Part shown: in pieces, positions 38,029 through 47,952 of the stretch
How positions within the stretch are numbered: position 1 is the first letter of the stretch
Layout: the number at the start of each line of letters is the position of its first letter
Virus record (IMG/VR): IMGVR_UViG_3300032311_001250
Span: 1-64,000 of that record
Source: a virus
Direction: 5' to 3' (one strand)
Length of the DNA: 64,000 bases
Position numbers and translations under genes: made by a program
The notes under the pieces: model-generated
Told to the model about the DNA's origin: nothing
Databases searched by the model: none
Seen by the model: only the letters and a program-made list of their open reading frames with translations

Positions 38029-39996
38029 TTACCCGATAACGACGACTCTGTACGTCCCCGCAAGGCTAATTGTGACCGTCAGGGTATTTGTCGTGGCCGT
38101 TACAATGTCACAGAAAACCTGGGCATCTGTTGAGTCATAAACAGAAACGACAACTGCCTTTGTCCCAAGGAGGTGGGTGACCGTCTTGGCCTCACCGGCA
38201 GTCCAGGTGGCGCTGGTGTTGTAGCGAAGCGCGCCGCCGCGGGTCGAGTCAATTGCCGTACCCTGCCACGTACCAGCAGAGATCGTGCCAACGGTCGTGA
38301 TGCTGTCGTCACCGCTGTATGTTCCGCCAGCCACTGCCGCTAGTGTCGCGTTGTATGCCTGCACGTTTGAGCCAATTGCAAGCCCAAGGTTAGTTCTTGC
38401 CGTCGCAGCATCACTTGCGCCCGTACCGCCATCGGCAACTGCAATATCGGTGCCATTCCAAACGCCAGCAACAATTGTTCCAACAGATGTTAGGCTTGAT
38501 CCGATAACTCCGCTGCCAAGCGCGCTTCCGCTAAGAACCGTAGTGCCTGCAACCTTAAAGGTCTTGCCGGTAGCGAGATCAAGGTGCTCGGATGATGTCC
38601 ACGAGTCAGTTGCGTCAACCCAGTTAAGTGTCTTGTCCGTTGTGCCCTTCAGGGTAATACCGCCGCCGTCAGCAGTTGTATCGGTTGGGCTTGCAACAGA
38701 GCCAAGCTCGATGTTCTTGTCGTCAACGGTAAGCGTCGTCGAATTGAGCGTCGTGGTTGTTCCGTTAACCGTAAGGTCGCCAGAAAGCACAAGGCTTGTA
38801 CCAGTTGCTGCGCCAATGTTTGGCGTGACCAGGGTTGGTGTATTGGCAAAGACCAGCGCACCAGTGCCCGTCTCGTCAGAGATGACACCAGCAAGTTCGC
38901 TGGACGATGTTGCAGCAAACGCGCTAAGCTTGTTATTGGTAAGCGCAATCGTACCGCTTGCATCAGGTAGGGCAATGGTGCGATCCGCTGTTGGATCTGT
39001 TGCTTCAAGTCGTGTTTCGTAGGCGTCGTCTGTTGCTCCTTCAAACTCAATCCCATGAGTAACCGGAAGACGAATTCCGTGAATAACTGGCGTGCTGGCA
39101 GTAGCGGTAAGCGTTACTCCGTCAAGAGTTGCGCTTGTCCCAAATACCAATGCCCCAGTTCCGGTTTCTCCAGTAACCGCGCTTGCAAGGTTTGCCGACG
39201 TTGGCGTGGCAAGGAAGGTGGCAACGCCAGTGCCAAGTCCAGAAACACCTGTGCCAATTGGGAGGCCAGTGGCATTTGTGAGGACACCGCTTGCCGGAGT
39301 GCCAAGTGCAGGAGTAATGAGGGTTGGGCTATTTGCAAAAACCAACGCGCCAGTGCCAGTTTCGTCAGAAATTACCCCGGCAAGCTCAGAAGAGGATGTT
39401 GCAGCAAATACGCTAAGCTTGTTTCCGGTCAGTGCAACCGTACCAGTTGTGGCCGGAAGCGTAATGACGGTGCCGGTTCCGGCAATAGCGGTAGGGATAA
39501 TTTGAGCGCTGCCAGAGGTAGATCCAGGAAGGGTGATGCTCGAAATGCCGGTAAGGGCAAGGTTTGCAGAGGCGCGATTAAGAGCAACGCTCGTCGTACC
39601 AATGTAATGCACATCTGACGGATTGGCCTTAGCAGCGGCTGTGTCGTAGGCAGTCTTTACGCTGTTTGGTGTAGCAGCGGTGCTTGTACTGGTGCTACTT
39701 GTTGAATCCGTGAGCTGAACGGCGCCCTTCTGGGTAGTCGAGGCATCCTGAATGCTGATGGTTGGCGTATTCCCGCCAGTAGATGCAAGCGGGCTAGAGG
39801 CGCTAACAGAAGTGACGGTGCCGCCGCCAGTTGCGAGTGTAACCCAGGCAGCTCCGTCATAGACCTTGATAGCATCAGAAACGGTATTGTAATAAATCTG
39901 GCCCTGAACCGGAGAGGCAGGATCGGTGGCAAGGTTCTGGATTGCCGCGTTTTGCAGCTCATTTTTCTGGAGGTCTAGGTTGGTTAGAAACTTCAC
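38029..39996 (-). CDS. Fibre-like virion protein with internal repeats
   Basis: ASTTQKGAVQL...AATPNSVKTAYD fibre repeat; repeated SSELAGVISDETGTGALVFAN; GDLTVNGTTTT; GGTGASDAATARTNLGL. Confidence 0.8.
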   Translation of the reverse strand: MKFLTNLDLQKNELQNAAIQNLATDPASPVQGQIYYNTVSDAIKVYDGAAWVTLATGGGTVTSVSASSPLASTGGNTPTISIQDASTTQKGAVQLTDSTSSTSTSTAATPNSVKTAYDTAAAKANPSDVHYIGTTSVALNRASANLALTGISSITLPGSTSGSAQIIPTAIAGTGTVITLPATTGTVALTGNKLSVFAATSSSELAGVISDETGTGALVFANSPTLITPALGTPASGVLTNATGLPIGTGVSGLGTGVATFLATPTSANLASAVTGETGTGALVFGTSATLDGVTLTATASTPVIHGIRLPVTHGIEFEGATDDAYETRLEATDPTADRTIALPDASGTIALTNNKLSAFAATSSSELAGVISDETGTGALVFANTPTLVTPNIGAATGTSLVLSGDLTVNGTTTTLNSTTLTVDDKNIELGSVASPTDTTADGGGITLKGTTDKTLNWVDATDSWTSSEHLDLATGKTFKVAGTTVLSGSALGSGVIGSSLTSVGTIVAGVWNGTDIAVADGGTGASDAATARTNLGLAIGSNVQAYNATLAAVAGGTYSGDDSITTVGTISAGTWQGTAIDSTRGGALRYNTSATWTAGEAKTVTHLLGTKAVVVSVYDSTDAQVFCDIVTATTNTLTVTISLAGTYRVVVIG

Positions 39997-40006
39997 GTTT
40001 TCCCCC

Positions 40007-40459
40007 TCAGTTCAGGTAGGCTTTTCCGCCGAAGGCGGCAACAAACGTCAACCGCAGGCTATTATTGTCAAGATACTCAATGTTGCCGTAGACCACACTA
40101 CCCGCAGAATCTACAACCATTACGGAGGGAAAACAGTTCAAGTTGTGCGTAATTGTCCAAGTGGCAGATGAGGTATTCTGATTATGCGTGTAGGTTGTAT
40201 GAGATGCTCCAGTTCCCTGCGGGCCCTGCGGTCCGGTTGCGCCCTGTGGTCCTTGCGGGCCCTGCGGGCCGTTTGATCCGACAAAACCATCATCGCCTTT
40301 ATCGCCTTTTGGTCCCTGCAGCCCAACAGAGGCCACGGTTACGCTATTGGTGGTTTGGCTGGCTGTAATGGTGTTGGCGGATGGAGAGACGGTAACCGTG
40401 TTATCCGCCTCTTCGGTGACCGTTAGATTAATGTCGACAATATTTACATCAGGGCTCAT
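40007..40459 (-). CDS. Collagen-repeat virion protein
   Basis: (GPQ)n repeats; C-terminal WTITHNL...FPSVMVVD. Confidence 0.8.
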   Translation of the reverse strand: MSPDVNIVDINLTVTEEADNTVTVSPSANTITASQTTNSVTVASVGLQGPKGDKGDDGFVGSNGPQGPQGPQGATGPQGPQGTGASHTTYTHNQNTSSATWTITHNLNCFPSVMVVDSAGSVVYGNIEYLDNNSLRLTFVAAFGGKAYLN

Positions 40460-40803
40460 CGGGTAACTTCTCCGGTGACAATGAAGTCTCCGGAGATCAG
40501 CTTCGTAACGACGCCAGCACCAGAGACGAGCTCAAGATCGTAAACATAATTTCCGGCAGCAACAACTGTCAAAGCTGCCGCAGGAATAGCAATGGCAACT
40601 GTCCCAGCTGCTCCGCCAAGCGTAATCCCGCTTGCACTGGTCAGGGTTATAACGGCATCTGCGGACCCGGCTGATCGTCGCACCTGCATCCGGGCTGAAT
40701 ATCCCGTAATATTAATAGCCGTTCCGGAGGAATTGGCGTATGTGAGCGTGGCGGTATAGTCTGTGCCCTGCTCAGCGGCGATATCATATGTCGATGCGGC
40801 CAT
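40456..40803 (-). CDS. Fibre attachment/beta-sandwich protein
   Basis: EQGTD...INITGYSARMQVR...YVYDLEL...G.F.V..EVT pattern; first gene of the fibre cassette. Confidence 0.7.
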   Translation of the reverse strand: MAASTYDIAAEQGTDYTATLTYANSSGTAINITGYSARMQVRRSAGSADAVITLTSASGITLGGAAGTVAIAIPAAALTVVAAGNYVYDLELVSGAGVVTKLISGDFIVTGEVTR

Positions 40804-40892
40804 ATTGGGCTCCCTTGCTATCAGGCATCTAGGGGATGCTCTGTCCTGTGAATCCTATGGTTTCCCCATCTAGCCGACAAGATTGACCAGTT

Positions 40893-41234
40893 CTACCCGT
40901 TGAGATCGACTCTAAGCTTGCGGAGCGACGCCGCTGCGGCCTCAAAGGCCCTAACTTGCAAATCAATAGCCTCTGAAAGCTTTTTGGTTGCCACGGTAAC
41001 GGTAACCATTGCCTCGGCCTCTTCTTGATCAATAGCCATGAGCCTAGACTTAATCTTGTTATACGCTCGACTTCGCATAGGAACTCCTGCGGCTGCATAG
41101 CAGCGCATAGTCTCCGGCGTAAGGCCAAAATCTGGCGAAGCGACGCGACACGCCTCCGTTACGCTGCGATACTCTGGGTAGTCTTTGGCAAGGAGTCGCT
41201 GCAGATCTCCGCCGGTAATTCTTGTTCGGTTCAT
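40893..41234 (-). CDS. Hypothetical, possible HTH DNA-binding protein
   Basis: GAGG RBS before MNRTRI; FGLTPETMRCY helix-turn-helix-like segment. Confidence 0.5.
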   Translation of the reverse strand: MNRTRITGGDLQRLLAKDYPEYRSVTEACRVASPDFGLTPETMRCYAAAGVPMRSRAYNKIKSRLMAIDQEEAEAMVTVTVATKKLSEAIDLQVRAFEAAAASLRKLRVDLNG

Positions 41235-41514
41235 CTGCACCTCAGTAGTAGTCTGAGCATGAGGCAAAGTAGCCACATGAGCATACAAGCTTGCACTTTT
41301 GATCAGAAAGTTCCTGCCCGCAATTCAGGCATGTCCTGACAAGAGCTTCTTGCTGGCCACAATTGTAGCAAGTTTCCCTGGAGAGTGCGTGCTTTTGGCA
41401 CGACCATTGGGCCTGTTTGCACTTTGCACATGCCTGTGTCAAGAATAGATTTTCTGTTTGTGCGCAGAAGTAGCAACGGATGCTGTGTGGCATGCGGGTC
41501 AGTATACTATCTTT

Positions 41515-42033
41515 ATGGCAAAGCGTGGGCGCGTAGGCGCCGAGCAGCTTACTGCTCTACGGGAAAAGATCAAGGGACTGCACCTTCAGGGCGTCCCTTT
41601 GCCGGAAATCGCCACGGCATTGCAGCTATCGCCGGAAACTGTCCGCAAGCATATTTACGTCATCCGTAAGCAGTGGTCGGAAGAAGGCCCTGACGCCGCC
41701 CAGTCCAGGATGGAGCTTCTTCAGCGTGTCAACCTAATTGGGAAGATGGCAGCTGCTGGCGCTGCACGAGCTCGTGGATCAAAAGAAGAGGCGACGTTTC
41801 TAAAACTCCAGCTTGAGGTGGTTGATCGCCTTGCCAAGTTAACCGGCGCGTACATGGGCGAAGGAATCCAGAGCATTAAAAACACCACAAATATGGCCAT
41901 TCAGATCAACCAGGCCACGCATGAAATTGATAATCTGCCTCCGGAAGAGCTGGCCAAGAGGTTGCAGATGTGGGCGGATGAGGTTACGGAGAATCTACGG
42001 GTGATTGATGGAACAGCAGAAGAGCGTAAATAG
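41515..42033 (+). CDS. terS: Terminase small subunit
   Basis: HTH LPEIATALQLSPETVRK; LAKLTG motif; overlaps the terminase large gene; TATACT 6 nt before the ATG. Confidence 0.75.
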   Translation: MAKRGRVGAEQLTALREKIKGLHLQGVPLPEIATALQLSPETVRKHIYVIRKQWSEEGPDAAQSRMELLQRVNLIGKMAAAGAARARGSKEEATFLKLQLEVVDRLAKLTGAYMGEGIQSIKNTTNMAIQINQATHEIDNLPPEELAKRLQMWADEVTENLRVIDGTAEERK

Positions 42034-43435
42034 CAGCTACCGGGATTGGCTTCGGGTCAAGGCCCAGACATCCGATGCGGCATTTGCCGAATACGTTAGC
42101 GGCTTGGTGTTTCCGCGACATCTTCGTGAGATGGAGCAATTCTTGGACAAAAACGACCGTGGGCTTGTGCTCATGCCCCGTGGACACGCCAAGACAACGC
42201 AGTTGATCCATCGGGCCGCCCGAATGATTGGCCTGACCAAAGGGAAAGTAAGGATTGGCGTGCTAACTGCCGTTATGTCTGATGCCCTTGCGCGTTCTCG
42301 AGCCATCAAGGCCCTCATTGAGTCGCCCTTCTTTGCCGAGGTATTTCCCTGGGCACAAGATGGCGTCATTGGCTCAAAGTGGACCGATGAGGTCTGGACG
42401 GTGAAGGGGGCCAACCTTGGAAAGGACTCCACTTGCTTTGCCGATGGTCTTGGTTCGATCAAACCTGGTGCCCGTCTTGACATTCTTTTTGCGGACGACA
42501 TGGTTGGACTGAAGGAAAATGCCACGTCCGGGCAAAGGCAAAAGGCAAGCGAGACTTATTGGCAGGTTGTTGACCCAATGCTTGTCCCCAAGGCAAAACG
42601 CTGGTACATCGGCACGCGATGGCACGAGGATGACTTTTACGCAGAGCTGATTAATAAAGGTGTCCAACACTATCAGCGACGGGCCCTAGAAGATGACAAG
42701 GTGCTTTGGCCAGAAATGTATACGGTTGCCGATATGGAGCAGAAGAAACAGGAGCTCGGCACGCCGATCTTCATGCTGCAGTTTCAAAACGATGTGACCT
42801 CCATGGGCGGCAATATCTTCCGGTACGACTATTTCCAGCGTGTTGATCGTGTGCCGGAAGGCGCTCGTAGGATTGGCGTCGACCTTGCTTCTTCCTCGAG
42901 CGAAAGAAGCGACTACACCGCTGCCGTAGAGATTCTGGAAGACTCTGAGCACAACCTATACATTGTGGGTGCTTGGAGGGCTCGACTCCAAGAGGGACAC
43001 CGGGCCTGGCTTACCGGAATTAACAACGATGGCAGCATCAATGAGGAGCGCGGACCCCGGATGCTTTGGCCCCAGCGACTCGTCGGCCTCAAGGGGCTAG
43101 ACCCAGAGCTCGATGACGTGCGATTCTTCGAGTCTATGAACATCGAGGCCGTTCAGCACCAAAGTACGTTTGTGCGAGAAATCCTGTCGACAACAAGCTT
43201 GCCTGCTCGCGCCGTTCGACCGGACAAAGACAAGGTGTCAAGAAGCCGGGCGCTGGCCGCCAGGTACGAGGCAGGAAAAGTGTTTCACGTGAATAATGCC
43301 CCAGGGATTTCCGACCTGGAGTCCGAGATGCTGGCATTTCCCAATGGTCAGCATGATGACATGGTAGATGCCTTGGTGTATGCCTCAGACCTTGGGGGAT
43401 CTGGTTTTTACTTTACCTCAGCCAAGAGGTATTAG
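42005..43435 (+). CDS. terL: Terminase large subunit
   Basis: Walker A MPRGHAKTT, Walker B ILFADD, GTRWHEDD; nuclease motifs GVDLA, SDYTA, HDDMVDA. Confidence 0.95.
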   Translation: MMEQQKSVNSSYRDWLRVKAQTSDAAFAEYVSGLVFPRHLREMEQFLDKNDRGLVLMPRGHAKTTQLIHRAARMIGLTKGKVRIGVLTAVMSDALARSRAIKALIESPFFAEVFPWAQDGVIGSKWTDEVWTVKGANLGKDSTCFADGLGSIKPGARLDILFADDMVGLKENATSGQRQKASETYWQVVDPMLVPKAKRWYIGTRWHEDDFYAELINKGVQHYQRRALEDDKVLWPEMYTVADMEQKKQELGTPIFMLQFQNDVTSMGGNIFRYDYFQRVDRVPEGARRIGVDLASSSSERSDYTAAVEILEDSEHNLYIVGAWRARLQEGHRAWLTGINNDGSINEERGPRMLWPQRLVGLKGLDPELDDVRFFESMNIEAVQHQSTFVREILSTTSLPARAVRPDKDKVSRSRALAARYEAGKVFHVNNAPGISDLESEMLAFPNGQHDDMVDALVYASDLGGSGFYFTSAKRY

Positions 43436-44421
43436 TAGTCGGTGCACCAAATCCAATCGCAGAAATCAGGTGTCCCAAGGTCTTCACTCGTATAAAGCTG
43501 AAGTAGCGACGATGTCGTATTGGGCCTACGTGCGATGTCAATGCTGTCTGAGGTATAGGACATCATCTCGTAAAATCCTTCCTCTGTAGTTCCCTCAATA
43601 TGTTCTGCAAAGGCGATGATGGCCCCAGAAACAAAAGGCGCAGCAAAAGATGTTCCGCTTGAAATCTGCGGACCGGAAAAACCAAACGGTTCAACCTGGG
43701 CCCCCGGGGCGTAGAGCGCGACACACTCCCCAAAGTTTGAGCTGGTCCACGGCAAGTCATAGATTGTGCTTGCTGCGACGGTTACGGCAAGGTCTTCTGT
43801 GCAGCCGAGCCTGGCTGGCGAGTACCTGATTGAGTCTCGGCGGTCGTTTCCGGCAGCGATGACTACCGGAATCCCGAGATTTGTTAGCGCACGGACTGCG
43901 TTGTCAATTGCAGTTGAAATCTTTCCGCCAAAACTGAGGTTAACAACGCTCCTGGCCGGATCTGCGTTCTGCGCAATCCAATTAAGTCCGGCAATGATTT
44001 TTGAGTTCACGCCCCGGCCGGTACAGGCAAGCACCCTCACGGAAACAACTGCTGCCTTTTGGGCAATCCCAACCCCGGCGCCGGCAACAAGCGAAGCAAC
44101 TCGTGTTCCGTGGCCGCTTCCGCAGTCCTCAAATGTACCGCCGACAAATGACTTTCCGGTAACCCCGCCAGGAAACTCTTCGGTGTCCTCAACGCCAGTA
44201 TCTACAACGTATACCGTATATCCAAAACCAACGTTTTCTCCGTCCCACGAGTATCCATCGGTAATCCTTCCGCCGATCCAGAAATCTTCTGGTTCGACAA
44301 TGCGGTCCAATGCCCAATCGGTCGCCTCCATATACCCTTCTGCTGCTGTGCCAAACGATGGGAACAGAAAAGAGGCAGAGGCGATGATTGAAAGGATCAG
44401 GCGCACGAATTGCACCCGCAA
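43432..44421 (-). CDS. Secreted subtilisin-like (S8, proteinase K-like) serine protease
   Basis: Signal peptide; catalytic triad VVDTG / GHGT / SGTSFAAP; oxyanion motif AAGN. Confidence 0.92.
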   Translation of the reverse strand: MRVQFVRLILSIIASASFLFPSFGTAAEGYMEATDWALDRIVEPEDFWIGGRITDGYSWDGENVGFGYTVYVVDTGVEDTEEFPGGVTGKSFVGGTFEDCGSGHGTRVASLVAGAGVGIAQKAAVVSVRVLACTGRGVNSKIIAGLNWIAQNADPARSVVNLSFGGKISTAIDNAVRALTNLGIPVVIAAGNDRRDSIRYSPARLGCTEDLAVTVAASTIYDLPWTSSNFGECVALYAPGAQVEPFGFSGPQISSGTSFAAPFVSGAIIAFAEHIEGTTEEGFYEMMSYTSDSIDIARRPNTTSSLLQLYTSEDLGTPDFCDWIWCTDY

Positions 44422-44735
44422 ATAGTTACCGGAGAAAAATTAACGCGCTCATCAAAAGTTGCAAATACCGGCATACCGGGCTGCAGGTACGCGCCTTCTA
44501 CATTGAAGGAGATGTACTCATCGGCCTCAAGGTATGGGTCAAATCCATCCTCCTGATCCTGGTCGCGGCTTTGCTCCTGCTCAATAATTTCTTGCGCCAT
44601 CTTTTTAACCATCTTGTCTCGGTCGTAAATTGCAACCACTTTTTGCCCATCAGATCCAAGAAAAATGTTGCCGTGACCAACCAGGCAGTCATCCCATCCG
44701 TCCGCATAGAGAACGTCGTCAATCTTTTCGATCAT
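44397..44735 (-). CDS. Hypothetical phage protein
   Basis: ADGWDDCLVG...AIYD...EADEYISFNVEGAY pattern; collinear with neighbours. Confidence 0.7.
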   Translation of the reverse strand: MIEKIDDVLYADGWDDCLVGHGNIFLGSDGQKVVAIYDRDKMVKKMAQEIIEQEQSRDQDQEDGFDPYLEADEYISFNVEGAYLQPGMPVFATFDERVNFSPVTICGCNSCA

Positions 44736-44737
44736 GC

Positions 44738-45109
44738 TTAGCTACCTCGCAGTTCAAACAAACTCTTTTTACGGCACTGAACGCAGTAATTGTTCGAGTG
44801 CTTGGGCGAGAGGGTATTCGACTCCATCCTGCCCGACTCAATTACGTTCTGACACTTTGTGCATACCCACCCGGTAAGAGTGGAGATCTTCACCGTGCTC
44901 AGCTTATATTCCACAAGCGGCGTTGCGTCATTGCTCATTCGCTGTGCAATGACATTTCCCTCGTTGCGCAGCTCGTTGATGAGTGCGGACCATCGAGGAA
45001 GTCCGAGCTGCGACGACAACAACTTTTGACTGACCCACGTATCTGCGTGCTTCAGCAGGAATTCCTTCAGGCGCTTCTTATCTTGCGGGTCAGACACGCT
45101 TGCCTCCAT
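44738..45109 (-). CDS. Winged-HTH plus Zn-ribbon protein
   Basis: WSALINELRNEG; CTKC...CVQC. Confidence 0.55.
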   Translation of the reverse strand: MEASVSDPQDKKRLKEFLLKHADTWVSQKLLSSQLGLPRWSALINELRNEGNVIAQRMSNDATPLVEYKLSTVKISTLTGWVCTKCQNVIESGRMESNTLSPKHSNNYCVQCRKKSLFELRGS

Positions 45110-45374
45110 ATGCAATAACCATCTGATTGGCCCATGCATAAGCCTGCATCTCGCACTCCTCGATGTTGGTGTGGCTTGTTGTAATTTGTTTCATATCTTC
45201 TCCGAGAATCATACCGGCATGCATCATGAGCTTTCCGGTCTTCTTGTTTTTTGCAATCACGCAAAATCCGCTGTGCTTTTCCTGGTTGCGCTTTGCCCCA
45301 ATAACCTTGGCCATAAGGCCAACGAAGTCGTCAAGCTCATTAGTCGCCTGTTGGATGTCGCGCTGGCTAACCAT
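45090..45374 (-). CDS. Hypothetical protein
   Basis: GAGG RBS; tightly packed operon. Confidence 0.6.
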   Translation of the reverse strand: MVSQRDIQQATNELDDFVGLMAKVIGAKRNQEKHSGFCVIAKNKKTGKLMMHAGMILGEDMKQITTSHTNIEECEMQAYAWANQMVIAYGGKRV

Positions 45375-45552
45375 TATCTACCTCATCAATTGATTTACGG
45401 GCCGCTTCTACTGCGGAAAACCAATCCTCGTTGAATCCGCTGGAAACCATCTGACGCCTTTCTCGGTCAAACACCGACCAGATGTTTACGCCACTTTCGC
45501 GGTCGCGTTCAAGGACAAGAAAGAACCGATCCGGAAAACTCAGGTCGCTCAC
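45367..45552 (-). CDS. Hypothetical protein
   Basis: Overlapping start/stop packing with neighbours. Confidence 0.55.
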   Translation of the reverse strand: MSDLSFPDRFFLVLERDRESGVNIWSVFDRERRQMVSSGFNEDWFSAVEAARKSIDEVDNG

Positions 45553-45986
45553 TTTTCACCCCTATTTCTTGGCGGATACTTGGAAAAAGGAGCAAGTGGG
45601 CATCCAGTGCTGTCCCAGCACGTTCCGCCCTCTTCAACCGTTTCCCCAGCACAACTGGCGCACATCTTATCGATAGATCGCTCGTACATCAAGAGGTCGC
45701 GCTTATACTCCTGGGCCACCTCACTTGTGGACTGCAAAATTGTTGATTGCGAAAGCTTGTATGCGCGTTCCGGATGACGTTCGTTGAGCATGACCAAAAA
45801 GTCGCTGCAAAACTTTGTGGCTGGTGGTCGCTCGCCCATGATGTAGCCAACAATAGTTCGCGCGGTAATTGTCCCAAGATCCTGAGCACAGGCCTGTGCT
45901 CGATCTCGTGGAGTGAGCTCCGGATACAAGACTGCAAGTTCCTCGCTCAGCTCCTCCTTGGTGAGGATGACTTCCCTAATTGGCAT
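45549..45986 (-). CDS. Hypothetical protein with a C-terminal Cys4 motif
   Basis: CASC...C....CPLAPF; tightly packed operon. Confidence 0.6.
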   Translation of the reverse strand: MPIREVILTKEELSEELAVLYPELTPRDRAQACAQDLGTITARTIVGYIMGERPPATKFCSDFLVMLNERHPERAYKLSQSTILQSTSEVAQEYKRDLLMYERSIDKMCASCAGETVEEGGTCWDSTGCPLAPFSKYPPRNRGEK

Positions 45987-46332
45987 TAATCTCGAGCTCC
46001 TCCGTCAGTGGCTTTCCCCATACATTCCTTCGCAGTGCTACAGCAATCAGTGCGTAGTTTGCGATGTCGAGTAGCGTATCTTCCAGCGACTCGTCGCTCG
46101 CACCGTCGATTGGGTCAAGGATGACCTTGCCATCAACAACGCGGCCCTGCATGAACTTCAACGCGCGGGAAATCTTGTCGAATGAGATTCTGCTGATGAC
46201 GCCATGCACGCCAAGGTTTTCGATGTTGCTGTTCCCGTACCGGCGCTGCTTTTGTACCAGCAGCTCAAATGCCTCGCTGTAAATTTTTTCAAACTCTGCT
46301 TCAAAGCTTCCTGCTGGAAAATTGTTCTTCAC
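45976..46332 (-). CDS. Nucleotide-modification-associated (DUF1599-like, alpha-helical NTP-PPase-like) protein
   Basis: LVQKQRRYG...RISFDKISR...ESLEDTLLDIANYALI. Confidence 0.8.
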   Translation of the reverse strand: MKNNFPAGSFEAEFEKIYSEAFELLVQKQRRYGNSNIENLGVHGVISRISFDKISRALKFMQGRVVDGKVILDPIDGASDESLEDTLLDIANYALIAVALRRNVWGKPLTEELEINAN

Positions 46333-46333
46333 C

Positions 46334-47209
46334 CTACCTCCTTGCGCTTAACGCGCGCTTCACTCCTGTCTCAAGATCAATCTTCGGCGTGTACACCTGC
46401 AGCATAGCAGAGATGTCCGCGACTCTCCAGTTGACGCCTTCGGGCTTATCAGTTAAAAATTGAAACTTAGGAAAATACCCCTCGGCCTTGGCAACCATCT
46501 CCCCAAGTTGCTGAAAGCTTGTGGCATGACCTGTGCCAATGTTGAGCGGCCCACGATAATCCTGCTTCACCGCCGCATCAACACAACCAACGACGTCACT
46601 GATGTGCACGAAGTCGCGGGTTTGCGTGCCGTCACCCCAGATCACGAACGGATTTTCGCGGTTTCGTCCTCGCTCGATGAACGATGGGAACGGATAGTCC
46701 AGCGCCTGATCCTCGCCGTACCCAGAGAATGGGCGGAAGATATGCGTCCGAACACCCTCGGCTTCGGCAAACTTGGCCAGATACTCACCGGTGAGCTTAG
46801 ACCAGCCATAGGTGAGGTCTGGGTTGCGGATGTCGTCCAGGTTGATGTCGGCTTCGGTAAGCTTCTTGTGCGACTGCTTAGTTTGCAGGTGCACTGGGTA
46901 GGCCGCCGATGAGGAGAAATACACCACACGGGGCTGCTTGGTCCTAATCGCCCACTGCCACATTTCTGCGTCAATAGACAAGTCTACGGCGACGGAGAGC
47001 GGGTTGCCTTCGATCTTTGCTCGACCACCCACCACAGCGGCGAGATGAATCACCAGGTCAAACTGGGTGTGATTGGCCATCTGGAAGAACTTGCGAACAT
47101 CCATACTATCGACGATATCTACGCCAAGAATCTGATGCCCCTGCTGTTCATAGAACTTATGAAAGTGCCGCCCCACAAACCCCTTGTGGCCGGTGATCAA
47201 GATGTTCAC
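46334..47209 (-). CDS. NAD-dependent nucleotide-sugar epimerase/dehydratase
   Basis: TGHKGFVG, HLAAVVGG, SSSAAY, YGWSK, WGDGTQTRDFVHI. Confidence 0.92.
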   Translation of the reverse strand: MNILITGHKGFVGRHFHKFYEQQGHQILGVDIVDSMDVRKFFQMANHTQFDLVIHLAAVVGGRAKIEGNPLSVAVDLSIDAEMWQWAIRTKQPRVVYFSSSAAYPVHLQTKQSHKKLTEADINLDDIRNPDLTYGWSKLTGEYLAKFAEAEGVRTHIFRPFSGYGEDQALDYPFPSFIERGRNRENPFVIWGDGTQTRDFVHISDVVGCVDAAVKQDYRGPLNIGTGHATSFQQLGEMVAKAEGYFPKFQFLTDKPEGVNWRVADISAMLQVYTPKIDLETGVKRALSARR

Positions 47210-47952
47210 TAGTACTCCTCCAACAAATCAAGGTCGTATTCAAAACGACCGCTTCCACCATTCAGCACCGAAAGGCCTTCGTCTGTTGGGTACCGAAAGA
47301 AATCATTTTCGTCCAGCGCCGCTCCGACATGATTGGCAGGGTTCCTGAGTTTTGTCGGAAACCGCTTTCTAACGCTTGGACGTTTCAGTTCGGTTTCAAA
47401 GTAGCTATCATGCATCATGCAGCTTCGCAGAATCTTTTCCGCCAATTTGTCTTGAACAAACAGTTCGTCTGCACCGTATGCTGGTTGCTCTCCGCGCTCC
47501 TGAATAAACATGCCCATCAGCGTCGACATGTTGCGCACCTTATCTGCCCATCCGCTCCACATGCCGGCAGGAACGAGCTGCTTGTGATTTGGGTGATCTT
47601 TCATAACGTGAAAGTCAAGCTCGCTCTCCATCCACTCATCATGCGCCTGGCGCTCCCGCACGGTCAGTCGAGCATCTACATCCCGGACCAGCACGATATC
47701 GACCTCTGGGTCGGCGAAAGCCAGAAAACGCCAGGCCGAAGAGAACCACCGGTTGTTTTGCGGGGACTTCTTAATCTCTACGTTTTGGTGCAGCTCAAGC
47801 GTATCGACAAGCCACTGCGGCACGTCCTCGGAAACGTAGAATCGCACGGTGTACTCAGGGTAGATCTTCTCGGCCAGAGCGACATTCTTGAGCGCTCCGA
47901 CCAGGTACTTCTGGTCTGATCCATACAGGCTGTACGAGATGACTTGTTTCAT
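47209..47952 (-). CDS. Putative glycosyltransferase-like protein
   Basis: VISYSLYG...WRF...RDVDARL (DxD)...MKDHPNH...AGMW; located in a sugar gene cluster. Confidence 0.6.
   Translation of the reverse strand: MKQVISYSLYGSDQKYLVGALKNVALAEKIYPEYTVRFYVSEDVPQWLVDTLELHQNVEIKKSPQNNRWFSSAWRFLAFADPEVDIVLVRDVDARLTVRERQAHDEWMESELDFHVMKDHPNHKQLVPAGMWSGWADKVRNMSTLMGMFIQERGEQPAYGADELFVQDKLAEKILRSCMMHDSYFETELKRPSVRKRFPTKLRNPANHVGAALDENDFFRYPTDEGLSVLNGGSGRFEYDLDLLEEY

Noticed and set aside
35493-39996. Diversity-generating retroelement or invertible fibre switch
   Set aside because: No reverse transcriptase or recombinase in the window; the repeats are degenerate protein-level repeats without adenine-specific mismatches.
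42005-43435. Intein or intron in terL (small insert near GINNDGSINEERGP)
   Set aside because: The ORF is continuous and of normal size, with no intein C/S...HN motifs or homing endonuclease.
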